From the NCBI GenBank assembly GCA_041906785.1, contig JAYRIM010000028.1, positions 204,383 through 268,382 on the forward strand: a DNA stretch of 64,000 nucleotides. The letters are read 5' to 3'. The stretch's first letter is position 1. Every line of letters starts with the position of its first letter. A model generated the notes under the pieces. That model did no database searches, had not been told where the DNA came from, and saw only the letters and a list, made by a program, of their open reading frames with translations. The translations under genes were made by a program, and so were the position numbers. This document shows positions 42,655-52,621 of this stretch, piece by piece. This stretch comes from Candidatus Levyibacteriota bacterium (lineage in GTDB: Bacteria > Patescibacteriota > Microgenomatia > Levybacterales > UBA12049).

Positions 42655-43050
42655 TCAAGGATTTCGATCACGTTTACGAGGTAAGAGCGGTGGAATAACA
42701 CGTTGTTGTGTGGTGTCAAAGATATTGATGAGCACTCTACCATTTTGCCTTGTCTGTTCACCATTAGTACATGCATATATACCAGAATCGATAAGTTTTG
42801 CATCTGGGTAAAGTAGAGGTATACCATCAGTTCCATCTAATACTGTTATGCCAACACGGTAAGAAACTAAGGGATTATTAGGAGTAGACTCTTGCAGCAT
42901 ACATGTAACCTGTTGATCAACAGTACAGTTAGCTGAAAAGCCACCGTCTTTATTTGGACAGTCGGAACAACGGTTACCTTCAAGCGTGACAGTTCGATGT
43001 AGCATCCTTTTTGTTAGTTCAAAGCGTTCTGCGGACATATTCCTAAACAA
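42655..43050 (-). CDS. Hypothetical Cys-rich protein
   Basis: 131-aa ORF filling the dnaE-atpB gap; CxxC plus three further Cys. Confidence 0.55.
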   Translation of the reverse strand: MFRNMSAERFELTKRMLHRTVTLEGNRCSDCPNKDGGFSANCTVDQQVTCMLQESTPNNPLVSYRVGITVLDGTDGIPLLYPDAKLIDSGIYACTNGEQTRQNGRVLINIFDTTQQRVIPPLLPRKRDRNP

Positions 43051-46000
43051 TTAAATTTTTCGCGGCAGATATAAAATTAGCTATAATCACAGGTCGTTCA
43101 TCTTTCATGTCCAGCTTACCTTCGATAATGACGACATTATCATTTATCAGAAGAGATTTATACTGTTCAAAAACTCTCGGAAACACGACACATTCTATCG
43201 TTATACCTTTCTCATTTCCGACAGAAATAAACGCCATTTCTGCATTCGACTTTTTCGTAAATATTTTCCTTGATGTTTCTATAATCCCTCCTACTTTTAC
43301 TATTGTTCCTTCTTTTTCTTCTTCCAGAAATTCAATTTCGTGTGTGATGACAGTTTTTATTGAAGAGAGAGTATCCATTTGGGGATGAGATGTTAAATAA
43401 AATCCTAAGAACTCTTTTTCAAACATCAATTTTTCGTTTTTTGTAAAATCTTCAATATCTGTCATAGAGAAATGAGTAGTTTCCCTTGATTCATCAGTCT
43501 CCCCAAATAAACTGCTTTGACCTTCCGAAGATTGTTTTTTAATTTGCTGGCATTTTAATAGAACCTCAGGCATAGCAATAAGCAGTGATGCTCGGTTTCC
43601 GAAGCTGTCCATTGCTCCTGCTTTAATAAGACTTTCTAAAGTTTTCTTATTCACTTTACTTATATCTACTCTCGAACAGAAATCAAATAAATCTGTAAAT
43701 GATCTTGAATTTCTTGCACTTAAAATAGTTTCTATTGCAGCTCCACCGACATTTTTTATCGCTGATAAGCCGAATCTGACTTTTTTTCCTTCTTCTATAG
43801 AAAATTCTGCTTCGGATTTATTAATATCGGGGGGTAAAATAGGCACATTCAAGCGTTTACATTCTGCTACTGCCTGCGCTATTTTCTCATTTTTAATCGG
43901 TCCAGATGTGCCACGAGATTCAGCGGTGAGAAGGGCAGTCATAAACTCTACTGGATAATGAGCTTTTAGATATGCTGTTCGAAAGGCTATTGTTGCATAA
44001 CATGCAGCATGAGCTTTGTTAAATCCGTAACCTGCGAAAGGTGCAATTAACTGAAAGATTTCTGTAGCTTTTTGTTTTGAATGACCATTTTTCATACAGC
44101 CAGCGATAAACATTTCTTCCTGCTTTTTCATTTCTGCTGGAATTTTCTTACCCATTGCTTTTCTAAATTTATCAGCATCGAGCCATGTATACCCTGCAAG
44201 CGTAATTACTGTTAAAAGAACATCATCTTGAAAGGTAATAACTCCATATGATTCCTTTAAAATATCTTTTAAGCTTGGATCTGGGTATGTAATTAATGAT
44301 GGATTATGTTTACGTTTAATAAATTCTGGAATAATTGCCATAGGACCTGGTCGATAGAGAGCAACCATTGCTTGTAAGTCGAAAATCGAACTTGGGCGAA
44401 GCTCTTTAATATACCGTCTCATTCCTGCAGATTCTAATTGGAATATTCCAGTTGTTTCTCCTTGGGAAAGGAGATCGTATGTTTTTTTATCGTCGAGAGG
44501 AACATCTTTAAAATCTATTTTTACCCTTTGGTTTTTTTCGATAAACTTTAATGATTCTTCGATAATAGTTAAATTTCTTAATCCGAGAAAATCCATCTTC
44601 AATAACCCTACACCATCTTCACCCACAGTATACATATCATATTGCGTAACGATTTTATCTCCATTCGTTTCCCGTTGCAGTGGTACATATTCTGTTAACG
44701 GTTTGTCAGCTATAACAACTCCAGCAGCATGAACAGAAGCATGTCTCGCTACACCTTCCAACTTTTTTGCGAGATCAAGAATTCGTTTTGTATCTTGTTC
44801 AGCAAGATATGCTTTTTTTAAATCTGGACTTTGTTCCAAAGCTGCGTCGACTGTCATGGCATGGCCTTGCCAACCAGGAGGAATAATTTTTGCTATTCTG
44901 TCCGGAACCGCGTATGGGAAACCAAGTACTCTTCCTACATCTCGAACTGCAGCTCTGGCTTCCATAGAGCCAAAAGTGATAATTTGCGCTACTTTATCTT
45001 GTCCGTATTTTTGAGTCACATACTCAATAACTTCTTCGCGTCTTGTGTCAGCAAAATCTAAATCTATATCTGGAGCAGATGGACGAAGGGGATTTAAAAA
45101 TCGTTCAAATGGAAGAGAAAAGAAAAAAGGATCTACGTCAGTAATTCGTAAACAATATGAGACGACAGAACCTGCAGCTGATCCTCTTCCTGGACCTACG
45201 GCTATGCCATGATCTTTCGCCCAGTTTACGAAATCAGAAACGACTAAAAAGTATGTTTCATATTTCTTTTTTAGAATAACTGAGAGTTCATAATCGATTC
45301 TCTCTTTAATTTGTTGAGCGTTTGGCTTATTCGTCATGCTGACTTCTCCAGCATCCGTTTTAGATTCTGGATTTGTCTTTAACTCACTGGAATGCATTGT
45401 AGTCGGTTCAACGTTCAGTTGAGGATAACGTTTTTTTGCACCTTCGTATACTAACTGTGTCAAGTATTCACCAGTAGTTAAATCATTTGGCACAGTAAAT
45501 ACAGGCATAATCCATTTCCCTAAGGTTATTTCGACGTTACATCGTTCAGCAATTTTCACTGTATTTTCTATTGCTTCAGGAAGATCAGAGAACTCCTTAG
45601 TCATTTCTTCTGAGCTTTTAATATAAAAATCAGGTGAAGAAACCATCGAAAGTTTGCGATTCTTATCAAGTAACGTCGTCTGTGTTTGCAGACATAATAG
45701 TACTTCTTGTGCTTCAGCATCAGTACTATTCGTGTAATGGTTATCATTTGTCGCTACTAAAGGGAGCCCTAGTTTCTTTGCAAGTTTTATTAATTTTTCG
45801 TTCGCTTCTTTTTGGGGAGGAACATCAATATGGCGCTGTAATTCAATATAAAAATTATCTTCCCCAAATATTTCAGAAAGTTTCATAGCTCGTTTTTCAG
45901 CTATTTCATTTTCTCCTCGGATTAAAGGTTCTGTAACATACCCGTTCACGCATGCGCTTAAACAGATAAGGCCTTCATGATATTTTTCTAATAATTCGAT

Positions 46001-46363
46001 ATCACTTCGAGGTTTGTAGTAATATCCCTCAAGCCAAGAGGTAGAGACTATTTTTAAAAGATTTTTATATCCAGTTACATCTTTTGCTAAAAGAATGAGA
46101 TGGTTATATTCATTATCTACACCAGCTTCTTTATCTGTTAATTTACGCTTCGCGACATAGATTTCAACCCCAATTATGGGTTTTATTCCAGCCTCTTTAC
46201 ATGCTTTGTAAAATTTTATGACTCCATACATACTTCCATGGTCAGTAATAGCTATCGCGGGCATATTGAGGTCTTTTGCCCGCTTGACCATTGAAGAAAC
46301 TTTTGATAACCCATCAAGCAAAGAATATTCGGAGTGATTATGAAGATGAACGAAGTCGGACAT
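43043..46363 (-). CDS. dnaE: DNA polymerase III alpha
   Basis: FVHLHNHSEYSLLDG, GRGSAAGS, PDIDLDF, LLKMDFLGL, YGFNKAHA, C-terminal OB fold. Confidence 0.98.
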   Translation of the reverse strand: MSDFVHLHNHSEYSLLDGLSKVSSMVKRAKDLNMPAIAITDHGSMYGVIKFYKACKEAGIKPIIGVEIYVAKRKLTDKEAGVDNEYNHLILLAKDVTGYKNLLKIVSTSWLEGYYYKPRSDIELLEKYHEGLICLSACVNGYVTEPLIRGENEIAEKRAMKLSEIFGEDNFYIELQRHIDVPPQKEANEKLIKLAKKLGLPLVATNDNHYTNSTDAEAQEVLLCLQTQTTLLDKNRKLSMVSSPDFYIKSSEEMTKEFSDLPEAIENTVKIAERCNVEITLGKWIMPVFTVPNDLTTGEYLTQLVYEGAKKRYPQLNVEPTTMHSSELKTNPESKTDAGEVSMTNKPNAQQIKERIDYELSVILKKKYETYFLVVSDFVNWAKDHGIAVGPGRGSAAGSVVSYCLRITDVDPFFFSLPFERFLNPLRPSAPDIDLDFADTRREEVIEYVTQKYGQDKVAQIITFGSMEARAAVRDVGRVLGFPYAVPDRIAKIIPPGWQGHAMTVDAALEQSPDLKKAYLAEQDTKRILDLAKKLEGVARHASVHAAGVVIADKPLTEYVPLQRETNGDKIVTQYDMYTVGEDGVGLLKMDFLGLRNLTIIEESLKFIEKNQRVKIDFKDVPLDDKKTYDLLSQGETTGIFQLESAGMRRYIKELRPSSIFDLQAMVALYRPGPMAIIPEFIKRKHNPSLITYPDPSLKDILKESYGVITFQDDVLLTVITLAGYTWLDADKFRKAMGKKIPAEMKKQEEMFIAGCMKNGHSKQKATEIFQLIAPFAGYGFNKAHAACYATIAFRTAYLKAHYPVEFMTALLTAESRGTSGPIKNEKIAQAVAECKRLNVPILPPDINKSEAEFSIEEGKKVRFGLSAIKNVGGAAIETILSARNSRSFTDLFDFCSRVDISKVNKKTLESLIKAGAMDSFGNRASLLIAMPEVLLKCQQIKKQSSEGQSSLFGETDESRETTHFSMTDIEDFTKNEKLMFEKEFLGFYLTSHPQMDTLSSIKTVITHEIEFLEEEKEGTIVKVGGIIETSRKIFTKKSNAEMAFISVGNEKGITIECVVFPRVFEQYKSLLINDNVVIIEGKLDMKDERPVIIANFISAAKNLIV

Positions 46364-46437
46364 GCTTCTATTTTAGCAGAATGAGATAAATAATTGGTAA
46401 TTAGTAATTAAGCAACTGTATAAACCATCACTTATTA

Positions 46438-47769
46438 TCATTTTTTCAGCTCAGTTTCTAGTTTTTCTTTTATCATTGTCGCATCTGCTTTTACTGCGAG
46501 TTTTCTCATAACTTGCCCTAGGAGAAACATAATAACTGTTTCTTTTCCATTTTTATAGTCATCAACAGCTTTCTGATTCTCTGTTAGTACCTCTTGGATG
46601 GCTTTATTAAGTTTTGTTTCGTCCACTTGAACAGTATGAGATGATTGTATTTGTTTCACAAGATCAGCAGGTGACACCGTAATAAAATCAACCTTTTTAT
46701 TAATTATGACGTTTGAGATTTGTTTGGGAGAAACTTGAATAAGCTTACCCTCTTTTACTGCTTGTTCAAAAAAATCAGCTAATGAGTTTTCTCGAGTTAA
46801 CAATTCTGCGTCATATTCAGGAATTTGATATTCTTTTACAAATCGTTCTAACTTTGCCTGCGGCAGTTCGGGCATTTGATTTTCCAGGTTTGAAATGTGA
46901 GATTCGGTTATTCTTATCGGTGGGATATCAGGTTCTGGGAAATATCGATAATCATGAGCCTCTTCTTTTGACCTTTGGGAGAATGTTGATTGTTTATTTT
47001 CATTCCATCCTCTCGTTTCCTGAGCAGGAATTTCGCCTTTTTCTAAAATAGTTTGTTGTCTTTTGATTTCATACGTAATAGCTTTTTCGACAAATCGAAA
47101 CGAGTTAATATTTTTTACTTCCACTTTATATTTTGGAAAAATATTCTTTTTTACTTCCTCTTCATTTCTCAGAGAAATATTTGGTTCCAGCCGCATTTCA
47201 CCTTTTTCCATGTCAGCATCTGATACATTCAGATAGCGAACAATTTGCTGTAGTTTCTGAAGATATTCTTTTACATCGGTAGCATTATAGAAATCTGCTT
47301 CTGTAACAATTTCGACTAATGGTACACCTGAACGATTAAAATCAATAAGACTGATATCCTCACCATTTAGTTCTCCATGCATTAATTTACCTGTATCTTC
47401 TTCCATATGGACCCGACGAATGCCAATTTTTTTACTATTTGAAAGTATCATATAGCCATTTTGACCAAAGGGGAGATCATACTGACTTATTTGGTACCCT
47501 TTTGCAAGATCCGGGTAAAAATAGTTTTTTCGATCAAATTTAGAAAACGCATTAACTGTACATTTTAATGCCAACCCTATCATCATGCACCAGTCGATCG
47601 CTTCTTTATTCGGGACAGGAAGTGCACCTGGTAAACCTAAACATACAGGACATGTATGTGTATTTGGTTCTTTTCCAAAATAGTCAGCAGAACATTTACA
47701 AAACATTTTGCTTTTTGTTTTTAGTTCAACATGTACTTCTAAACCAATTAAAGGTGTGTATTTATTCAT
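46438..47769 (-). CDS. gatB: Asp/Glu-tRNA amidotransferase B
   Basis: IGLEVHVEL, RKNYFYPDL, EVKNINSF, DYRYFPEPD. Confidence 0.98.
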   Translation of the reverse strand: MNKYTPLIGLEVHVELKTKSKMFCKCSADYFGKEPNTHTCPVCLGLPGALPVPNKEAIDWCMMIGLALKCTVNAFSKFDRKNYFYPDLAKGYQISQYDLPFGQNGYMILSNSKKIGIRRVHMEEDTGKLMHGELNGEDISLIDFNRSGVPLVEIVTEADFYNATDVKEYLQKLQQIVRYLNVSDADMEKGEMRLEPNISLRNEEEVKKNIFPKYKVEVKNINSFRFVEKAITYEIKRQQTILEKGEIPAQETRGWNENKQSTFSQRSKEEAHDYRYFPEPDIPPIRITESHISNLENQMPELPQAKLERFVKEYQIPEYDAELLTRENSLADFFEQAVKEGKLIQVSPKQISNVIINKKVDFITVSPADLVKQIQSSHTVQVDETKLNKAIQEVLTENQKAVDDYKNGKETVIMFLLGQVMRKLAVKADATMIKEKLETELKK

Positions 47770-47779
47770 AAATTACATT

Positions 47780-47838
47780 GATTCATGATTTAAGATTTAT
47801 GATTCAAGAATATTTCATAAATCTTACTTCGTTAATCT
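47780..47838. repeat. Inverted heptamer repeat arrays (GATTyAw)
   Basis: gattcat gatttaa gatttat gattcaa, then tcataaa tcttact tcgttaa tct. Confidence 0.65.
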
Positions 47839-47843
47839 TTAGT

Positions 47844-49256
47844 CTATTGTAACTTTGGTCTTTGCTTCCACCATTGATTTTCTTGTTCATATGCGTATCC
47901 TACTCGATATAGTAAGTCTTCTGAGAAATGGGGCCCGAGAATTTGAATCCCCACTGGTAAATTATTTACAAATCCTGCGGGAATAACTAATCCCGGTACT
48001 CCAGTTAAGTTTCCGGTTACTGTAAAAATATCTGATAAATACATTGCGAGCGGATTATCAGCTTTTTCACCAATTTTCCATGGTGGAGTGGGTGAAACAG
48101 GTGCGATAATAACGTCAACTTTTTTATACGCCTCAACAAAATCTTGTACTAATAACGTTCTTACTTTCATTGCTTTATTATAATAAGCATCGTAATATCC
48201 AGAAGAAAGAACATATGTACCTAACATAATTCTCCTTTTTGCCTCAGCACCGAAAGTAGATCGTTCATTACCATACCGAATTCCATCAAATCTTGCTAAA
48301 TTTGAAGAGACTTCAGCAGTTTGAACGATATAGTACACAGCAATAGCATATTCTGTATGAGGAAGTGAAATATCTATAATTTCAGCGCCCTGTTTCTCAT
48401 AAAATGTTAAGACATTTTCAGTTAACATTTTTACTTGCGGATCAAGTCCTTCGATAAAATATTCTTTGGGTATACCGATTTTCAAACCTTTTACGCCTTT
48501 TTTAAGATTTGTAAGATAGTTAGATACCGGTTGTGGAGGAGTTGTGGCATCGTTTGGGTCGTTTCCTGCAGTAACTTGCAGATACAGTGCATTATCTTCA
48601 ACAGTTTTTGTAAAATGGCCAATAGTGTCAAGAGATGATGCCATGGAGATGACTCCATAACGACTTACTCGACCATATGTTGGTTTTAATCCAACTGTAT
48701 TCGTAAATCCTGCAGGAAGTCGAATGGAACCGCCTGTATCTGTCCCTGAAGCAGCAAGGCTTAAATCAGCAGAGACAGCAACAGCAGAACCACTGCTAGA
48801 TCCACCAGGGACATAGTCATAATTAAAGGGATTCTTCGAAGGACCATAGTCTGAATTTTCCCCTGATGATCCATGTGCCCATGCATCGCAATTCGTTTTA
48901 CCTAAAAGTATTGCTCCAGATTCTTTTAATCGTTGAACAGCTGTTCCGTCATACTGTGGAATATAATTATCAAGTACCTTCGAAGCAGCAGTCGTACGCA
49001 CTCCCTTTGTGACATAAATATCTTTATGTGCGATAGGAATACCTAATAATGCTTTTTTCTCACCTTTTGCTATTTTTCTATCTGCTTCCCCGGCTTGCTC
49101 CAATGCCTCTTTTTTAGAAATCGTTAAAAAAGCGTTTAAAGAAGTATTATATTTTTCAATTCGTTCCAAATATGCTTTTGTTAACTCAACAGCTGAAAAT
49201 TCTTTATTTTGAAGTTTTATTAATGCGTCTTTTATTGTAAGTGTGGAGAGATCCAT
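47844..49256 (-). CDS. gatA: Asp/Glu-tRNA amidotransferase A
   Basis: KD, PGGSSSGSA, GTDTGGSIR, KRRIMLGT..LS.GYYDAYY. Confidence 0.98.
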   Translation of the reverse strand: MDLSTLTIKDALIKLQNKEFSAVELTKAYLERIEKYNTSLNAFLTISKKEALEQAGEADRKIAKGEKKALLGIPIAHKDIYVTKGVRTTAASKVLDNYIPQYDGTAVQRLKESGAILLGKTNCDAWAHGSSGENSDYGPSKNPFNYDYVPGGSSSGSAVAVSADLSLAASGTDTGGSIRLPAGFTNTVGLKPTYGRVSRYGVISMASSLDTIGHFTKTVEDNALYLQVTAGNDPNDATTPPQPVSNYLTNLKKGVKGLKIGIPKEYFIEGLDPQVKMLTENVLTFYEKQGAEIIDISLPHTEYAIAVYYIVQTAEVSSNLARFDGIRYGNERSTFGAEAKRRIMLGTYVLSSGYYDAYYNKAMKVRTLLVQDFVEAYKKVDVIIAPVSPTPPWKIGEKADNPLAMYLSDIFTVTGNLTGVPGLVIPAGFVNNLPVGIQILGPHFSEDLLYRVGYAYEQENQWWKQRPKLQ

Positions 49257-49267
49257 AAGATGAGCTA

Positions 49268-49747
49268 TTATACTGCTTTTAATATTTTGTAATCAACCAT
49301 GTCATAATCTTTTAAAAGAAAATCTGCAGCGAAGAAATCATATTTTAATAATAAAGGAAGAAAAACTTTGTCCTGAGAATAGATATTTAACTGATTAATA
49401 TCTTTTATATCTTTCCAAACAAATGATCCTTCATTACTGGGAGTAGGTGTACCGGAATATTGGCTTGTTATATATACATAATCAATCCAATCATGAACAC
49501 CAGATTCCCTCGTACCGAATTCTCTGAAATAAATAATTGCTTTTAAATTAATATCTTTTACTTCGATGTTTGCCTCTTCTTTTGCCTCACGATACACTGC
49601 GTTTTCTATACTTTCTCCTTCTTCTACTTTTCCTCCAATAGATAGTAATTTTCCTTGCTGATGAACTGTATCGTTTTGCTTATTTCGTACCAGAAAAAGT
49701 ATTTTGTTATCTTTGATAATATATAACATTACTGCGTGCTTTTTCAT
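49268..49747 (-). CDS. NUDIX hydrolase (MutX/8-oxo-dGTPase-like)
   Basis: GGKVEEGES...A.REAKEEA Nudix box; EG..VW. Confidence 0.9.
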   Translation of the reverse strand: MKKHAVMLYIIKDNKILFLVRNKQNDTVHQQGKLLSIGGKVEEGESIENAVYREAKEEANIEVKDINLKAIIYFREFGTRESGVHDWIDYVYITSQYSGTPTPSNEGSFVWKDIKDINQLNIYSQDKVFLPLLLKYDFFAADFLLKDYDMVDYKILKAV

Positions 49748-49753
49748 AATAAA

Positions 49754-50383
49754 CTATGTTGTCCGTTTTTCTTCCCATGTTTTTAAACCATAGACTTCCT
49801 TAATCTGTATCTCTTTTCCATCTGACTCTGCTTTTACGTATCCGCAATTAATGATTCCTCCGACTTTATCAAAGTCTCCATATTTATGGCTAATAAGTAA
49901 TCCGCGAATTATCCCTCCATGAGTCACCACCAATATTGTTTTTCCAGGATATTTTCTGGCATATTCTGTAATCGCTTGCGTAAAACGAGTATTACTCTCT
50001 ATAAAGTTTTCCTGTGTTGGATCGAGTTTATGTGCGAATTTTTGTTCATCTGTCAAAGGATCCCAGTTTTCGGAAGTATAGAGATCGAGAAATTCCTTTA
50101 CAGGCATGCCTTCAAACTTTCCTTGTGATCTTTCTCGAAGCCTTTTATCTGGATAAACTTCAAGATTATATTCTATAGCGATTATTTTTGCTGTTTGTAT
50201 TGCACGAAGTAAATCTGATGAATATACATAATCGAAGTGAACATTCTTTACTAAATCGCCGAGAGCTTTAGCTTGTTCTTTACCCTTTTCAGTTAAAGAA
50301 GTATTTCCTACGCCATTGCCCTGGACAATTTTTTTTACGTTGGCTTCTGATTCACCATGTCTAATAATATAGAAAGTAGTCAT
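49754..50383 (-). CDS. Histidine phosphatase (GpmB/CobC-like)
   Basis: RHGES, SSDLLRA.QTA, LRER..G.FEG, VTHGG. Confidence 0.92.
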   Translation of the reverse strand: MTTFYIIRHGESEANVKKIVQGNGVGNTSLTEKGKEQAKALGDLVKNVHFDYVYSSDLLRAIQTAKIIAIEYNLEVYPDKRLRERSQGKFEGMPVKEFLDLYTSENWDPLTDEQKFAHKLDPTQENFIESNTRFTQAITEYARKYPGKTILVVTHGGIIRGLLISHKYGDFDKVGGIINCGYVKAESDGKEIQIKEVYGLKTWEEKRTT

Positions 50384-50385
50384 AT

Positions 50386-51051
50386 CTATTCCTCAGCTCC
50401 TGTTAACTTTTTTATAATGTTATCTGTTTCAATGATTGTATACTTGTTCCCATCAGTATTCATGACAAAATATCCGGTATTTTTTACTGAACCTTGTGGT
50501 AGCTCTTCGAATTTACCCCAACCAATATATGCAAGGAAATTTCTCATAATTCCGCCATGGTTTACAACAAGTACAGTTTTCCCTTGATATGTGGTAACAG
50601 TTTCCTTTATAAATTTTATAAATCGATCTATACCTTCTTGGGCGCTTTCCCCATCTTCTGAAAATTTATATGAAAATTTCTCTTTATCACTTAATTCATA
50701 TAATGCTTCCTCCATTTTTATGCGTTCTTCTCTTGGCGAGTTAATCCAGACTCGACCATATCTTCTTTCGAATATTGAATCTACAATACGGAAAGGTATA
50801 TTTCTGCCTGTAACGATAATTTCTGCAGTTTTAATAGCTCGTTGTTTATTTGATGAAAAGACTGCATCAAAATGAATATTTTTAAACTTTTCAGCAATTA
50901 TTTTTGCTTGCTCCTCGCCTTTTTGAGTTAGGGAAGAACCTTTTGCGTTTGATAAATAAGGTATGACTTGAGTAGAGTTTTTCGTAATTACTCTAATATT
51001 ATCTTCAGATTGTCCGTGACGCACGACATAGATGGTTGTACTATTTGACAT
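50386..51051 (-). CDS. Histidine phosphatase (tandem paralog)
   Basis: RHGQS, SS...RA.KTA, ER.YG, GES, VNHGG. Confidence 0.92.
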   Translation of the reverse strand: MSNSTTIYVVRHGQSEDNIRVITKNSTQVIPYLSNAKGSSLTQKGEEQAKIIAEKFKNIHFDAVFSSNKQRAIKTAEIIVTGRNIPFRIVDSIFERRYGRVWINSPREERIKMEEALYELSDKEKFSYKFSEDGESAQEGIDRFIKFIKETVTTYQGKTVLVVNHGGIMRNFLAYIGWGKFEELPQGSVKNTGYFVMNTDGNKYTIIETDNIIKKLTGAEE

Positions 51052-51495
51052 AGTGAATTTGTAGTCCTAACTTTTTTGCTGTTTCATATTCATCCCGTGC
51101 CCCTATTGATTTCTCCCATCTTGGAGTCATAAATACATCCGTTATATACCCGCTAGAAAGAATCTTTCTCCAAAAGTGATAAATAATACTTCTCGTTCAT
51201 TGCGGGATAATTTCATTTCTTGTAATGTTTCTAACAGTCCTGTTTCCTTAAAAACGTCAGTAGCAGAAAAAATAGGGAAGTCATGTTTTTTACGAATTGT
51301 CATAGTGTAATCCATTAGTTTTTTTAAATTGTTTTCTACATGCTCGGGTCCTTCAGAACCAATAATACCTGCGACATACCCTATTCTCTTAGCATTTTTC
51401 TTTTTTTTAGCGTTCTTAAATGCTAGGAGCATTTTTTCGTATACATGATCGAGGTGTTCGACGTTAGACATGACGTCTAGAATATAATTGTTCAT
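51041..51495 (-). pseudogene. DUF4406 / nucleoside deoxyribosyltransferase-fold protein with a single-base frameshift
   Basis: N-part has GYVAG.I. Adding one T at the T4 run (51172-51175) continues FWRKILSSGYITDVFMTPRWEKSIGARDEYETAKKLGLQIHYVK to TAG at 51041, which matches the family's W..S.GA..E...A..LG motif. Confidence 0.75.
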
Positions 51496-51510
51496 AAAAT
51501 CTGATAAAAG

Positions 51511-51795
51511 TTATTCTGCGTCAAGGATTCCTTTTACTTGAAAGAATCCGTTATGTTGGGCTTTCGCATTAGAAAGCGCAACAGATTGCGGAAGGGAAGA
51601 TGATGAGATATCCTCGCGAAGTATATTTTCCAGCCCAGTTACTTGACTAGTTGGTTCGACATTTTGTGTATCTACCTCGTTTAATTTTTCAATATATTGG
51701 AGAACATCAGAGAGCTGTTTATCAAATTTTTCTACTTCTTCTTCGTTTAGAGGAAGATTTGCGAGTTTCGCAACGTGAGGTACGTTTATTTTCAT
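51511..51795 (-). CDS. gatC: Asp/Glu-tRNA amidotransferase C
   Basis: HVAKLANL, LNEVDT.NVEPT, LRED, FFQV..IL. Confidence 0.95.
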   Translation of the reverse strand: MKINVPHVAKLANLPLNEEEVEKFDKQLSDVLQYIEKLNEVDTQNVEPTSQVTGLENILREDISSSSLPQSVALSNAKAQHNGFFQVKGILDAE

Positions 51796-51802
51796 AACAG
51801 CA

Positions 51803-52621
51803 TTATACGCTAATTTTTATTTTTTTTACAATTGCTTCGTGGGCTTTCATTTCAAGTGAATCGTCTAGAGGTTGCAAAGTAATATCTTTTTTATATTTTA
51901 CATCTAAAGCTCGTTGAATAATAAAATCAGCTATATGAGGGTTTTTAGGTAGAAAAGGCCCGTGGAAGTAGCAACCAATGGCATTTTTATATACGACTCC
52001 TTCAGTTCCATCTTCACCATTATTTCCATAACCTTTAATAACTTTAGCAAACGGTTTACTGTTGGCTCCTAAATATGTTCTTCCACCATGATTCTCAAAA
52101 CCCACTATTAAATTGTGGGTTGTGAGTTGTGGGCTATGAGTTGAATCAAGGTTTTGCCATTCGACTTTGGCCACGATGTTACCTATACACCGAGGTTCAT
52201 TTGGACCAGGATTCTTGCTTACCATATCGAAAATTCCTAAACCATCTATTCGTTGGCCAACAGCAGGCTCATAATATTTACCCATGAGTTGTGGTGAGCC
52301 GCAAACGAAAAGTGCAGGTATATTATTTTCGATCATATCTTTTATGATCTCCTGTTTTTTTCCCTTTAAATCACGCATCACTATCTCTTGTTCTCGATCT
52401 TGAGATCCACCGCCGAATATAAGATCAACAGTTTTCAGTTGTTTATCGTTTGTCGAATGGTCTATAGGTAGAATCTCAACGTTAATTCCTCGCCATTCAC
52501 AGCGCTTTTGTAGCACAAGAATATTTCCACGATCTCCATATGTGCTCATTAGATCTGGGTAAAGCCAACCAATAGTCAATTTGAATTGACTATTGAGAGT
52601 TGAGAATTGAGAATTTTTCAT
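51803..52621 (-). CDS. gatD: Lipid II isoglutaminyl synthase glutaminase subunit (CobQ-like)
   Basis: LYPDLM.TYGDRGN, GGGSQDREQ, VCG..QL.G, GFENH.G, Y.HGP.LPKNP. Confidence 0.92.
   Translation of the reverse strand: MKNSQFSTLNSQFKLTIGWLYPDLMSTYGDRGNILVLQKRCEWRGINVEILPIDHSTNDKQLKTVDLIFGGGSQDREQEIVMRDLKGKKQEIIKDMIENNIPALFVCGSPQLMGKYYEPAVGQRIDGLGIFDMVSKNPGPNEPRCIGNIVAKVEWQNLDSTHSPQLTTHNLIVGFENHGGRTYLGANSKPFAKVIKGYGNNGEDGTEGVVYKNAIGCYFHGPFLPKNPHIADFIIQRALDVKYKKDITLQPLDDSLEMKAHEAIVKKIKISV

Noticed and set aside
45310-45425. About 30-aa insertion in DnaE as a possible intein
   Set aside because: Too short and lacks Cys/Ser start and His-Asn end motifs; looks like a variable linker after the PHP domain.
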